64,000 bases of DNA from positions 270,068-334,067 of the forward strand of contig JBAQTB010000003.1 in assembly GCA_049296775.1 (NCBI GenBank), read 5' to 3'. The position numbers and the translations under genes are program-made. Below are positions 1 to 8,693 of the stretch, one piece after another; positions within the stretch are counted from its first letter, which is position 1, and the number at the start of each line of letters is the position of its first letter. Under the pieces are notes generated by a model. That model searched no databases. It had not been told where the DNA came from and saw only the letters and a program-made list of their open reading frames with translations. This stretch comes from Patescibacteria group bacterium. Lineage in GTDB: Bacteria; Patescibacteriota; Patescibacteriia; UBA9934.

Positions 1-277
1 GGTCGATCATGATCAACTGTTGTCCGGCTGGATATCTACCCGCGATATATGGCGAGTAAACGAGTGGTGGCAATGATGAGGCAACTGCGACCACGGGCTG
101 ATTATCAACCACCGCCTCCCCAGCTTCATCCTCCATCACATACTCCTTCACTACGTATCCAAGTACCACAGATTCGATCACAATAAAGACACCGAGCATG
201 GCAGTAATGAGCGGCAAAGCTCCATGATGGCTATGCGGAGTGTCATGCATAGACACTGGCTGTGGCATTTGATCCAT
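1..277 (-). CDS. Partial hypothetical membrane protein (continues beyond window start)
   Basis: Minus-strand ORF starting ATG at 275-277 (MDQMPQPVSMHDTPHSHHGALPLITAMLGVFIVIESVVLGY...) runs off the 5' edge; hydrophobic segment; not in supplied ORF track because it is partial. Confidence 0.3.
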   Translation of the reverse strand, partial: MDQMPQPVSMHDTPHSHHGALPLITAMLGVFIVIESVVLGYVVKEYVMEDEAGEAVVDNQPVVAVASSLPPLVYSPYIAGRYPAGQQLIMID

Positions 278-347
278 ACGATTTGAGATTAAAGTTGAGA
301 GATGAAACTGATATGCATCAGTATACAACACCAAGCAAGCTGAAGAG

Positions 348-1868
348 TTACACCTCGCTCTGCAATCGCTCGGCGATCAACGTCAACGCTTCTTCAGGGG
401 TAGCGACTTGACCCTCGTCTCTCGCGGCTTCGACCATTTGGATGAGTGCGCCGATGCGGGGACCGGGGGTAAGGCTAAACTTAGCAATGATCTCTCCCCC
501 GCTGACTAATGGCGTTTTAGCCTGAGCTTCGAGATCAAACTTGGCGAGTGTAGCGCGAAAAACTTCGCCTTCAGTGTACGGAGCGGTTAGAGCATCGGCT
601 ACACCACGGCCACGTTTGTCGGCTTCAGTCACAGTTAAGAAGACTTCAACTGGGACTCCGGCAAGTCGTCGCAATAAGCGACGCAGAATGTTGGCATACT
701 GCTTCTCATCGATCTCGCCTTTGGTTAACGATTGCCAGTAACGCGTGGTCTTCAGGTGATCACGAGTAATTTTCACAACTTGATCCACGGTATCGTGACT
801 GAAAGTAAAATTCGCACAAAACGAACGTGCTGGAGCCTCACCCGCTGCTTCATGACCCTTCGACCGGATGCGACCATCTTCCACGTGCGTAGTCAGTGCT
901 TTGCCAAAGTCGTGGCATAAGGCGGAGAGCATAGTCGTTAGGGCATCGTCAGGGTAAAGCGATCGCTCAGGCGAGCGCAACAGGTGCGCTGCTTGGTCAA
1001 TCACCATGCCAGTGTGAATCCAAACATTCCCCTCGGGGTGCCACTCAGGCTCTTGTGGAGTGGCTATAAGAGCTTTAAGCTCGGGATAGTATTTGTCGAT
1101 AATGCCAAGCTCGAGCATGAGTTCGAGCCCCTTCGAGGGATAACGGGCTTTGAGAAGAAGCTTCTTCCATTCATCCGTCACCCGCTCTTTTGAGAGCTCA
1201 TCCAGCTGACCGCGTTGCACCATTTGCTTCAACAAATGCAAAGTCTTGGGTTCGATAGTAGCCTCAAGCCGGGCCGACAGTTGCACAGCCCGAAAAACTC
1301 GCAAAGGGTCTTCTTGAAAAGTTGCCTCATCGACCACGCGGAGCACATCGTTAGCGAGGTCAGTGACGCCGTCGTAAGGATCGTGAATCAACCCTGTCAA
1401 CGGATCGAGTGCAATGGCATTCACGGTGAAGTCTCGCCTACGGGCGGCCGCACGGAAGCTCAAACCTGGGTCACTCTCGATAATAAAACCTTTGTGACCT
1501 TGTCCGACCTTGGCTTCTTTCCGCGGAATCGCAACGTCGAGCTCAAAACCACCTGTTAGCATAACTTTGAGCACGCCAAATGATTGACCGATAATGTCGA
1601 CAGGTCCAAACAATTGACTGACGAGCGCCTTCAGTTGCTCCGGCGCCACGCCATAAACCTCGACATCGGCATCTTTAGGTTTTTTACCCAGTATGAGATC
1701 GCGCACATACCCACCCACAATCACGGCGCGTGGTTGTGCAGGTGCATAAGCGTGGTCTGGCTCCATAGCCAAAACTGCCTCGGCTAGCTTGCTGATAGCT
1801 GCCACGAGGATGGGATCTTGCGCAAGAAATTGCTCGCGCCAATGCTTGGGACCGGGAAGTGATGTCAT
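348..1868 (-). CDS. cca: CCA-adding tRNA nucleotidyltransferase with C-terminal HD domain
   Basis: Pol-beta NTase head motifs GGYVRD..DADV and RRDFTVNA; downstream HD-domain signature (HDFGK); 506 aa. Confidence 0.85.
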   Translation of the reverse strand: MTSLPGPKHWREQFLAQDPILVAAISKLAEAVLAMEPDHAYAPAQPRAVIVGGYVRDLILGKKPKDADVEVYGVAPEQLKALVSQLFGPVDIIGQSFGVLKVMLTGGFELDVAIPRKEAKVGQGHKGFIIESDPGLSFRAAARRRDFTVNAIALDPLTGLIHDPYDGVTDLANDVLRVVDEATFQEDPLRVFRAVQLSARLEATIEPKTLHLLKQMVQRGQLDELSKERVTDEWKKLLLKARYPSKGLELMLELGIIDKYYPELKALIATPQEPEWHPEGNVWIHTGMVIDQAAHLLRSPERSLYPDDALTTMLSALCHDFGKALTTHVEDGRIRSKGHEAAGEAPARSFCANFTFSHDTVDQVVKITRDHLKTTRYWQSLTKGEIDEKQYANILRRLLRRLAGVPVEVFLTVTEADKRGRGVADALTAPYTEGEVFRATLAKFDLEAQAKTPLVSGGEIIAKFSLTPGPRIGALIQMVEAARDEGQVATPEEALTLIAERLQSEV

Positions 1869-1893
1869 GATAGGGGTAGTCGGGTATCGGCAA

Positions 1894-3534
1894 TTAGAGC
1901 AACGATGTTCCAGTCATTTGGTCTGGTTTGGGAATGTCCAAGATCGCCAATAGCGTCGGAGCAACATCTGCCAACATACCTACAGGCGGCATCAAGGAGA
2001 GGTCGCCATCTGGAACGTCTCCAGAAATAGATTGTCGCCCTTCAAACTGTTTGCCGATAATCCAAAACGGCACTGGATTAGTACTGTGCTCTTTATCAAT
2101 AGCGTGAGTCTGCAAATTCTGCACCTCCTCGGCATTGCCGTGATCGGCCGTAATACACAAAACGCCATCCGCCTCCAACACAGCTTGCACTAACTTTCCA
2201 ACACACTCATCCACCGCCTCAATGGCCTGAATAGTCGCGGCTAAATTGCCAGTATGTGCCACCATATCCGGGTTAGCAAAATTAGCAATAATGACATCGT
2301 AATTATCAGTTTTGATCTCTCTAATCAAACGCTCCGTCACTTCATAAGTACTCATGGCTGGCACGGTGTCATAACTAGACACATGCGGAGAAGCTATCAA
2401 AGCCCGATCTTCATTTGGAAAGGGCTCTTCCCGTGTCCCGTTCATGAAAAACGTCACGTGCGCGTATTTCTCAGTCTCGGCGATGTGTAACTGAACCAAG
2501 CCCGCTGCGGAAATCACCTCCGCCAAACACTGCGTCACGGCCTCAGGTGGAAACGCTACGCTCACCGGCAAGCCCGCTTCATACTCCGCCATGGTCACCA
2601 CGGTCAGATCTTGAATGTACTCACGCGCGAAATTATCAAACGCCGGCAACACCAACGCCTTAGTCAATTCACGTGAACGATCTGGTCTGAAATTGAAAAT
2701 AATCACCGCATCGCCCGGCTTCACGGTCGCGACCGGCTTGCCACGTTTAGTTACCACGGTCGGCTCAAATTCTTCATCAAAAACATCTTGAGCATAAGAC
2801 TCCTCCAAGGCCGCGAGCGGATCTTCTGTGGTGTGTACACCCTCGCCCAAGACTATAGCTTTATACGCTTTTTCAATGCGATCCCAACGGTTGTCCCGAT
2901 CCATAGCAAAATATCGACCAGCCATGGAAGCCAAATAACCAACACCAGTTGCTTTCATCTGCTCCTCCAGAGTACGGACAAAATCGATCCCGGAATTATA
3001 CAAAGTATCCCTGCCATCCAAAATCGCATGCACAGCTACGTCTTTTAGTTTATTCTTTTTGAAAACTTTCAATAACTGAAAAGCATGATCGTCAAAAGAA
3101 TGTACCTTGCCTGCTGACATCAACCCCACCAAATGTAACGTACCCCCAGAGGCTTTGACCTTAGCGATCGCCTCCGCAAAAGCGGGATTATCCGCAAATT
3201 CACCAGACACAATAGCCTTGTTAATCCTGGGTAAAGTCTGGTAATACACCCGACCAGCACCAATGGCTAAGTGGCCGACTTCTGAATTCCCCATTTCACC
3301 CCAACTCAAACCAACCTCATCACCAGAGGCACGTAAAGTCATGGTGGGATAGCGTTCAGTTAAGAGTTTGAAGTTTGGAGTATTCGCACGAGTAATAGCG
3401 TTACCATCACTATCTGGAGCCACGCCAAAACCATCAATAACCAAAAGAACCGCCGGTCTAGGTCGTCCCGTCTGATCTTTTATATCTCGTTCCATACCAG
3501 GCACATTGTAACATGCCGGGCCCCCAAATTGCAC
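1894..3534 (-). CDS. gpmI: 2,3-bisphosphoglycerate-independent phosphoglycerate mutase
   Basis: Full-length match to iPGM family (LLVIDGFG.., ..ADHGNAE.. motifs), 546 aa. Confidence 0.9.
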   Translation of the reverse strand: MQFGGPACYNVPGMERDIKDQTGRPRPAVLLVIDGFGVAPDSDGNAITRANTPNFKLLTERYPTMTLRASGDEVGLSWGEMGNSEVGHLAIGAGRVYYQTLPRINKAIVSGEFADNPAFAEAIAKVKASGGTLHLVGLMSAGKVHSFDDHAFQLLKVFKKNKLKDVAVHAILDGRDTLYNSGIDFVRTLEEQMKATGVGYLASMAGRYFAMDRDNRWDRIEKAYKAIVLGEGVHTTEDPLAALEESYAQDVFDEEFEPTVVTKRGKPVATVKPGDAVIIFNFRPDRSRELTKALVLPAFDNFAREYIQDLTVVTMAEYEAGLPVSVAFPPEAVTQCLAEVISAAGLVQLHIAETEKYAHVTFFMNGTREEPFPNEDRALIASPHVSSYDTVPAMSTYEVTERLIREIKTDNYDVIIANFANPDMVAHTGNLAATIQAIEAVDECVGKLVQAVLEADGVLCITADHGNAEEVQNLQTHAIDKEHSTNPVPFWIIGKQFEGRQSISGDVPDGDLSLMPPVGMLADVAPTLLAILDIPKPDQMTGTSLL

Positions 3535-3539
3535 CCTAA

Positions 3540-3857
3540 CTAGCGCAGAGCAACTTCTGCATTTCCCGCTTGAATATAAGTCACATTTTGCAGCTTGACT
3601 AAGCCCAAGAAAGCTTCCCGCTCAGACACACTCGCCAGTGAACGTAAACGATCAATCTCAGCTACCAATTTCTCATTTTCACGACGCGCCGCTTGATTGG
3701 CCTGCTCCAAATCACGCATCGTAAATCCTTTAGTGGACGCCGCATTGACCTGCACCACATACAACACCCCGAAAGCCAAGGTGAGCGAGAGCATAAAGAC
3801 TCGCAAAACTTTTTGATTATGTAAAACTGCGTTTAATTTTCCCCCTGATGTAAACAT
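3540..3857 (-). CDS. FtsL/DivIC-like septum formation initiator (small bitopic coiled-coil protein)
   Basis: 105 aa, single N-terminal TM segment followed by coiled coil; positioned immediately downstream of mraZ-rsmH as in dcw clusters. Confidence 0.5.
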   Translation of the reverse strand: MFTSGGKLNAVLHNQKVLRVFMLSLTLAFGVLYVVQVNAASTKGFTMRDLEQANQAARRENEKLVAEIDRLRSLASVSEREAFLGLVKLQNVTYIQAGNAEVALR

Positions 3858-3876
3858 ACCCCCGAATGTTTATCCG

Positions 3877-4728
3877 TTACTTTCGGCGTGCTAGCCTGAG
3901 CTTAGCACTCCGCGAACGGGAATTGGCAAGGATCTCAGTCCGACTAGGAATAATCGGTTTTTTAGTCAACGTCTCAAAAGCTTCAGACTCTTTTAACCAG
4001 TGTTTTACCAATCGATCTTCCAAAGAATGGAAGGTGATCACGGCTAGAATGCCACCAGGCTTCAACACGGTCATAGCTGCCTCAAGTCCCTTCTTGACCT
4101 CACCTAGTTCGTCGTTGACCGCCAAGCGTAAAGCTTGAAAAGTACGCGTGGCTGGATGCATCTTGCCGCGCCGTGGCACGACAGTTGAAATCAACTCAGC
4201 TAACTGGTGCGTGGTCGTAATGCGCTGTGTGCGTCTGGCGTCAAAGATCGCTTTGACGATGCGGTGTGCCGCTGGTTCTTCACCCAAGCGTCGTAGAATT
4301 GTGCCCAGATCTTCCCTGGACCAACTATTGACGATCTCTTCCGCGGTCAGCTCACCCCGCGTGTCATAACGCATATCCAAAGGTCCATCATTCTGAAATG
4401 AGAAACCTCTGTCTGCCGCATCCACATGCACCGAGGAAAAACCCAGGTCCAGTAAAACTGCGTCCACCGTCACATTTAGACTAGCCATCTCGGCAAACGA
4501 GCTGTGCACGTAACGCACGCGTTCCCCAAAAACAGCTAAATTCTGCTGAGCTGTAACCAAGTTTCGATCATCCCGATCGATACCGATTAGCTGTCCATCT
4601 GGCGCAGTCGCTGCCAAAATCAAAGCGGCATGTCCACCTAATCCCAAGGTGCCGTCAATCACGGTCTGACCTGGCTTAAGCTCTAAGCCGGCGATGACTT
4701 CAGTTGCGAGTACAGGAATGTGCTGCAT
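3877..4728 (-). CDS. rsmH: 16S rRNA (cytosine1402-N4)-methyltransferase
   Basis: Classic RsmH/MraW N-terminus MQHIPVL..EV.. and SAM-binding DGTLGLGGH motif; follows mraZ. Confidence 0.9.
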   Translation of the reverse strand: MQHIPVLATEVIAGLELKPGQTVIDGTLGLGGHAALILAATAPDGQLIGIDRDDRNLVTAQQNLAVFGERVRYVHSSFAEMASLNVTVDAVLLDLGFSSVHVDAADRGFSFQNDGPLDMRYDTRGELTAEEIVNSWSREDLGTILRRLGEEPAAHRIVKAIFDARRTQRITTTHQLAELISTVVPRRGKMHPATRTFQALRLAVNDELGEVKKGLEAAMTVLKPGGILAVITFHSLEDRLVKHWLKESEAFETLTKKPIIPSRTEILANSRSRSAKLRLARRK

Positions 4729-4790
4729 AAGGTTGACGATTAGCGCTGATACCGGCCTACCTAGCCTGGTAGCCCGTCAATTGTCAACAC

Positions 4791-5240
4791 TTAAATACCC
4801 ATAGCTCCCAACTGCTCTGCGATCGCTGTGGAATCCTCCTCAGCCTGTTTGGCGTAAGCCTCCCAAGCTGCCTTGTCCCAAATTTCTAGTCGGTTCTGGA
4901 CACCGACCAACACCGCCTCCTTATTGAGACCTGCGTACTGACGCAGATACTCAGGCACGATAAACCTTCCTTGCTTATCCAAACGTGTATCCATGGCACC
5001 CGCAAGCATGAGTCGGGCGAAGGCACGTGAATTAGCTTGTCCCAAGGGTAAACCGGCTAATTTATCAGCCAGCTTCCCCCACTCTTCCAAAGGGAGCAGG
5101 AAGAGTGAAGCGTCGAGACCCCGCGTCACAACTGCCCCAGTTGCTAGGGCCTCGCGAAACTTCACCGGAACGGCAAGCCGTCCCTTATCGTCGATGGTGA
5201 TGTTGTATTCGCCAATGAACATGACAGTTGCGATTACCAC
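4791..5240 (-). CDS. mraZ: Transcriptional regulator MraZ
   Basis: Two MraZ repeats with DxxxR motifs (IDDKGRLAVP / LDKQGRFIVP); 149 aa; first gene of the mraZ-rsmH-ftsL block. Confidence 0.85.
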   Translation of the reverse strand: MVIATVMFIGEYNITIDDKGRLAVPVKFREALATGAVVTRGLDASLFLLPLEEWGKLADKLAGLPLGQANSRAFARLMLAGAMDTRLDKQGRFIVPEYLRQYAGLNKEAVLVGVQNRLEIWDKAAWEAYAKQAEEDSTAIAEQLGAMGI

Positions 5241-5485
5241 GCCACGACAGATACGCAGCCAAAGCTGATGGCGTATCTTTCATGACGAGGGGAAGTTTCC
5301 AGAAATTCGGACGTCACTATTTGCCGCATGGTGATATCACCTTGCCCTGCAGCAAATATCCGTGTCCTTTCTTGCCGAATAGCAAGATACTTGGCACACC
5401 CCACAATGTGCCTTACTTCTCCACTATACACCACTGTTTCACCTTTTCAAACCCCCTAACTCCAATGTGGGGATAAACGTCATTA

Positions 5486-5514
5486 TTGACTTTTTGAGCT
5501 AATTAGAGTAAAAA
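5486..5514 (+). promoter_or_regulatory. Sigma70-like promoter (TTGACT-17 nt-TAAAAT) upstream of 5564 gene
   Basis: Hexamers read directly at 5486-5491 and 5509-5514 with 17-nt spacer; AGGAGA 6 nt before the TTG start. Confidence 0.4.
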
Positions 5515-5563
5515 TGCTTAGTTCTATTAACTCTAGAACGACACTTTTTTTCAGGAGAGTACC

Positions 5564-6010
5564 TTGGGCAATTTGCTGGGGTCCGAACTCGGGCCCGGAA
5601 GTTATGCATTAATCGCCATGATCTTTTGCTTCACAGCTGCAACGGTGCTCTTCACAGAGAAACCCGAGTCAGCAACCCCGCCACCCCCGTTTGGCCTCCC
5701 CCGGCTAGACACGGGCACAGAACCACCGATCATGCCCGAACCGGTCGAGGTCGAGGAGCCGCCACCACCCGATCCTGCGATATACAGTCCGACTGGCTAT
5801 CGGTACGGGGATCCGGACCCGTGTGCTAGCTATATCAAAGCTAAACCGAACTTCTCCAGCGACGAGTGGCTGCTGTGGTGCGAAGAACATCACATGCGTC
5901 CGAGCGATGACATAAACTCGGAATGTCAAAACAGCCTGTATCTGGCCTGGGCCTATGGGGATACCGACAAACACCCGAGCTTCAAAAAACCGGATGGCTG
6001 TCACGACTAG
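5564..6010 (+). CDS. Hypothetical membrane-anchored Pro-rich protein (TTG start)
   Basis: N-terminal TM helix then proline-rich linker (PPPPFGLPRLDTGTEPPIMPEPVEVEEPPPPDP) and Cys-containing C-domain; preceded by promoter and RBS. Confidence 0.45.
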   Translation: MGNLLGSELGPGSYALIAMIFCFTAATVLFTEKPESATPPPPFGLPRLDTGTEPPIMPEPVEVEEPPPPDPAIYSPTGYRYGDPDPCASYIKAKPNFSSDEWLLWCEEHHMRPSDDINSECQNSLYLAWAYGDTDKHPSFKKPDGCHD

Positions 6011-6120
6011 CTCACGCGGCGTCTCTCAAGGACCTTACCTCTCATGGTGGGGTCCTATTTATTTACAAGCTATGCACGCCGACATTCACAGATCGTAAGT
6101 TTCCAGTTAAACTTACGCAT

Positions 6121-6558
6121 ATGAATAAAGCATTAGAATCAACGCCGTCAGCCGTCTCACGAGCGGAAGATGACGCTAAGCAACAAAAAGAGGCCTTCCT
6201 GCAGAACCTCCATCTAATTTCCGATCAGCAACGGACTGAAGTCTTGGCGCTCATCAATCAGCGCCAACTCCGGACTCTAGCCGAACAAGAAACCGCCTTC
6301 CATGAAGTCATGAGTAAATACCAAAAAACTAAAGTCGATAGCGGCGTTGGCGCTGAGACCCTAATCAACCAATACCTACTCATGAATCAGATCGAGACGA
6401 CGGCCGCTGAACAAAAACAGTTACTCAAAAATCTCAAAGCTAGCGAGGCCCTAACGTTACCGACTCCGCAACGTGAACGCGTCGTAGCTCAAATACTCGA
6501 CACATACTTTGGCAAAATTAAAGCCGACGATCAGGATGCCGCCTTGGCCCAAGCTTAG
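6121..6558 (+). CDS. Hypothetical coiled-coil protein
   Basis: ORF track 5923..6558 overlaps the previous gene; first ATG clear of the overlap is 6121 (MNKALESTPS...). No recognisable domain. Confidence 0.4.
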   Translation: MNKALESTPSAVSRAEDDAKQQKEAFLQNLHLISDQQRTEVLALINQRQLRTLAEQETAFHEVMSKYQKTKVDSGVGAETLINQYLLMNQIETTAAEQKQLLKNLKASEALTLPTPQRERVVAQILDTYFGKIKADDQDAALAQA

Positions 6559-7988
6559 TCGCGTTTGATCCCAGACGATTTGGAACGCAAGTTCCGGTGA
6601 TAAGCACCGGCGAATCTATGCGCTTCATCACGAGCTTTTTGAAAAACTTCTTTAAAGGCACTGGTTACCCGTCTTAACTCAGCATTACTAGCGTCATACA
6701 CTAACCGATCTTGTTTACGATCAAAACCTTTAGCAATCCCAACGATGGGAATGTTAAGCTTAAGCTCACGCAAAATTTGCTGAACACGATTAACCTGACC
6801 TTCGCCACCGTCGATAACCATAATGTCCGGCAGTGGCCATGATTCAGCTGACTTTTTTACTTGGTATGCAGGCGTGACTTGGTCGGAAAGAGTCGGCAAG
6901 CGAGCTAAGCGGCGTCTCATGACCTCTTCCATGGCGCCAACGTCATTACTGCTAGTAAAGCCTTTGATTTTAAATTTGCGATACTCGGATTTGCTCGGCT
7001 TGCCGCCCTCAAACACTGACATAGCGGCTACCATGCTCGTACCAGAAATATGGGCAATGTCATACGCTTCCACCCGGCCGAGAGCGTTAATATGACCAGC
7101 TGCAGGCGCGGCCGGCACGTCATAACCAGCGCCATCGTCTTTGATTAATAAACTAATGTCTTGGATGTGCTCCAGCGCGAACACGCGATTACGCAGGACG
7201 GCCGCGGCTTCAAAAGATTTTTTCCTGGCGGCCGCGGCCATTTCGCGTTTGAGCTGACGCAGCAAAGTCGCTTTCTTGCCCTCGAAAAATAACATCAGCT
7301 TCTTGATATTGCGTCGATACGTACGTTTATCGATAGTGCCAGCACAAACTCCCGGACATTTACCAATCTGCGCATCAAAGCACATTTTTGCGTTAGAGTA
7401 CTTCTCCCCCTTTTTTAAGGGGGAGGTTTGGTCGGAGGGGGTACTAGGGGCGGGTGGGTTACAAGTCGACCACGGAATCGAACGACGAATGAGATCGAGA
7501 GCGATCTTCAAAGATCGTCCACTCAGGTACGGACCGTACACAGCCAAGAATTGGCGACGAGCCTTGAGTGACAAGCGCTTGGAAAATGGTTGAATACCGA
7601 TGCGTTCAAGATCAAGTCCACGCATCAAGACTGGCTTAGGAAAGTCCTCGTTGGTAATACAAAGATAAATGAAACTCTTGTCATCGCGACCAAGAATGTT
7701 ATACGGCGGCTTATGCAGGCGAATCTGGTTGGCCTCCAACACCAAAGCCTCAATCACGGTTGGAACTTGAGAATATTTGATCTCGACAATCTTAGACACA
7801 AGCTCCGCCGTACGCGGATGTTTGTAGGTGCCAACGAAGTACGATCCAACGCGCTTCTTCAAGCTCGTCGCCTTACCAACGTACAGCAATTTACCAGCGG
7901 CATCGTAATAAAAATACACGCCTGGCGTATCTGGAAGGTCATTGTTGTGAATTTTGATTTGGTCTGGAATCATAGTTATCATTGACAT
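6555..7988 (-). CDS. uvrC: Excinuclease ABC subunit C (short form, 477 aa) with an in-frame repeat insertion
   Basis: GIY-YIG N-terminus (GVYFYYDAAGKLLYVGKATSLKKRVGSYF), Cys motif C..C..C, UVR region and RNase H-like domain; lacks a long C-terminal HhH tail. Confidence 0.85.
   Translation of the reverse strand: MSMITMIPDQIKIHNNDLPDTPGVYFYYDAAGKLLYVGKATSLKKRVGSYFVGTYKHPRTAELVSKIVEIKYSQVPTVIEALVLEANQIRLHKPPYNILGRDDKSFIYLCITNEDFPKPVLMRGLDLERIGIQPFSKRLSLKARRQFLAVYGPYLSGRSLKIALDLIRRSIPWSTCNPPAPSTPSDQTSPLKKGEKYSNAKMCFDAQIGKCPGVCAGTIDKRTYRRNIKKLMLFFEGKKATLLRQLKREMAAAARKKSFEAAAVLRNRVFALEHIQDISLLIKDDGAGYDVPAAPAAGHINALGRVEAYDIAHISGTSMVAAMSVFEGGKPSKSEYRKFKIKGFTSSNDVGAMEEVMRRRLARLPTLSDQVTPAYQVKKSAESWPLPDIMVIDGGEGQVNRVQQILRELKLNIPIVGIAKGFDRKQDRLVYDASNAELRRVTSAFKEVFQKARDEAHRFAGAYHRNLRSKSSGIKRD
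7404..7460. repeat. G/C-heptamer palindromic element (CTCCCCC-N8-GGGGGAG ... GAGGGGG) embedded in-frame in uvrC
   Basis: Inverted heptamers at 7404-7410 / 7419-7425 plus a third copy at 7435-7441; encodes the extra segment NPPAPSTPSDQTSPLKKGEKY between conserved UvrC Cys residues. Confidence 0.6.
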
Positions 7989-8032
7989 TATGCCTTATAT
8001 CTGCTAGTCTTGCACGTTCCGAATTATTCGGA

Positions 8033-8659
8033 ATGACTATTACGGAGCAAGCCATGCCCCTCGTGCAGCGTCCCTACACCTGGAAAGAGCGGCTCGTCGA
8101 CCAGATGGTCAAATGGATCAACCAGGTCACCGGTCATACCTATGAGCTGTCGTATCGCAAACACCTACCCTACCCAACTACACTCGCCGAAGAGTTGGAT
8201 GTACTCACGAAGTTGCACTTTGCCCTCAACCTCAATCGTGATAATGGTGGTGATACGCTACTCGTCAAACTAACGTGCTCTACAGTGCGACCTGTGTTTG
8301 GCCCTAGATTGTCGCAGCTCACTTACCCTACCGAAAGTTTCGTTCTGCCGAACAAGACAGTGAATGTCTACACCGTACTGTCTCATGAAACGCGCGGCCT
8401 CATACCCCGCCGTGAGGACAAACCCGGCGAATATGACTTCCGACACTGCCCAGTGACTATGCGCGCCTGGCAGGAAATCAAGCGACAGATGCCTCCGACC
8501 GGAACGACCACGATTACTTTAGATGACAAACATGGGAGATTGTCACGTTTTGTTTCAGGCGACTTCTTCATCGGTTCCTACCGCATCTTTAGGGGGCGTA
8601 TCGAGTACTCGCCTGAGATTCTGTCGGTAGTGATCGTACCGCAGTGGCACTCAACATAA
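8033..8659 (+). CDS. Hypothetical protein (between uvrC and uvrA, opposite strand)
   Basis: ORF fills the gap exactly; first ATG at 8033 (MTITEQAMPLVQRPYTW...); no recognisable domain. Confidence 0.4.
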   Translation: MTITEQAMPLVQRPYTWKERLVDQMVKWINQVTGHTYELSYRKHLPYPTTLAEELDVLTKLHFALNLNRDNGGDTLLVKLTCSTVRPVFGPRLSQLTYPTESFVLPNKTVNVYTVLSHETRGLIPRREDKPGEYDFRHCPVTMRAWQEIKRQMPPTGTTTITLDDKHGRLSRFVSGDFFIGSYRIFRGRIEYSPEILSVVIVPQWHST

Positions 8660-8693
8660 CTCGCCCCGCGGCCAACTCTGGCCCGGGGTGTTT

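Noticed and set aside
5228-5476. Small ORFs on both strands in the mraZ upstream region
   Set aside because: This region is the expected regulatory region of the mraZ operon (TGTGGGG-type boxes are present) and of the divergent 5564 gene promoter. There is no RBS or conservation signal.
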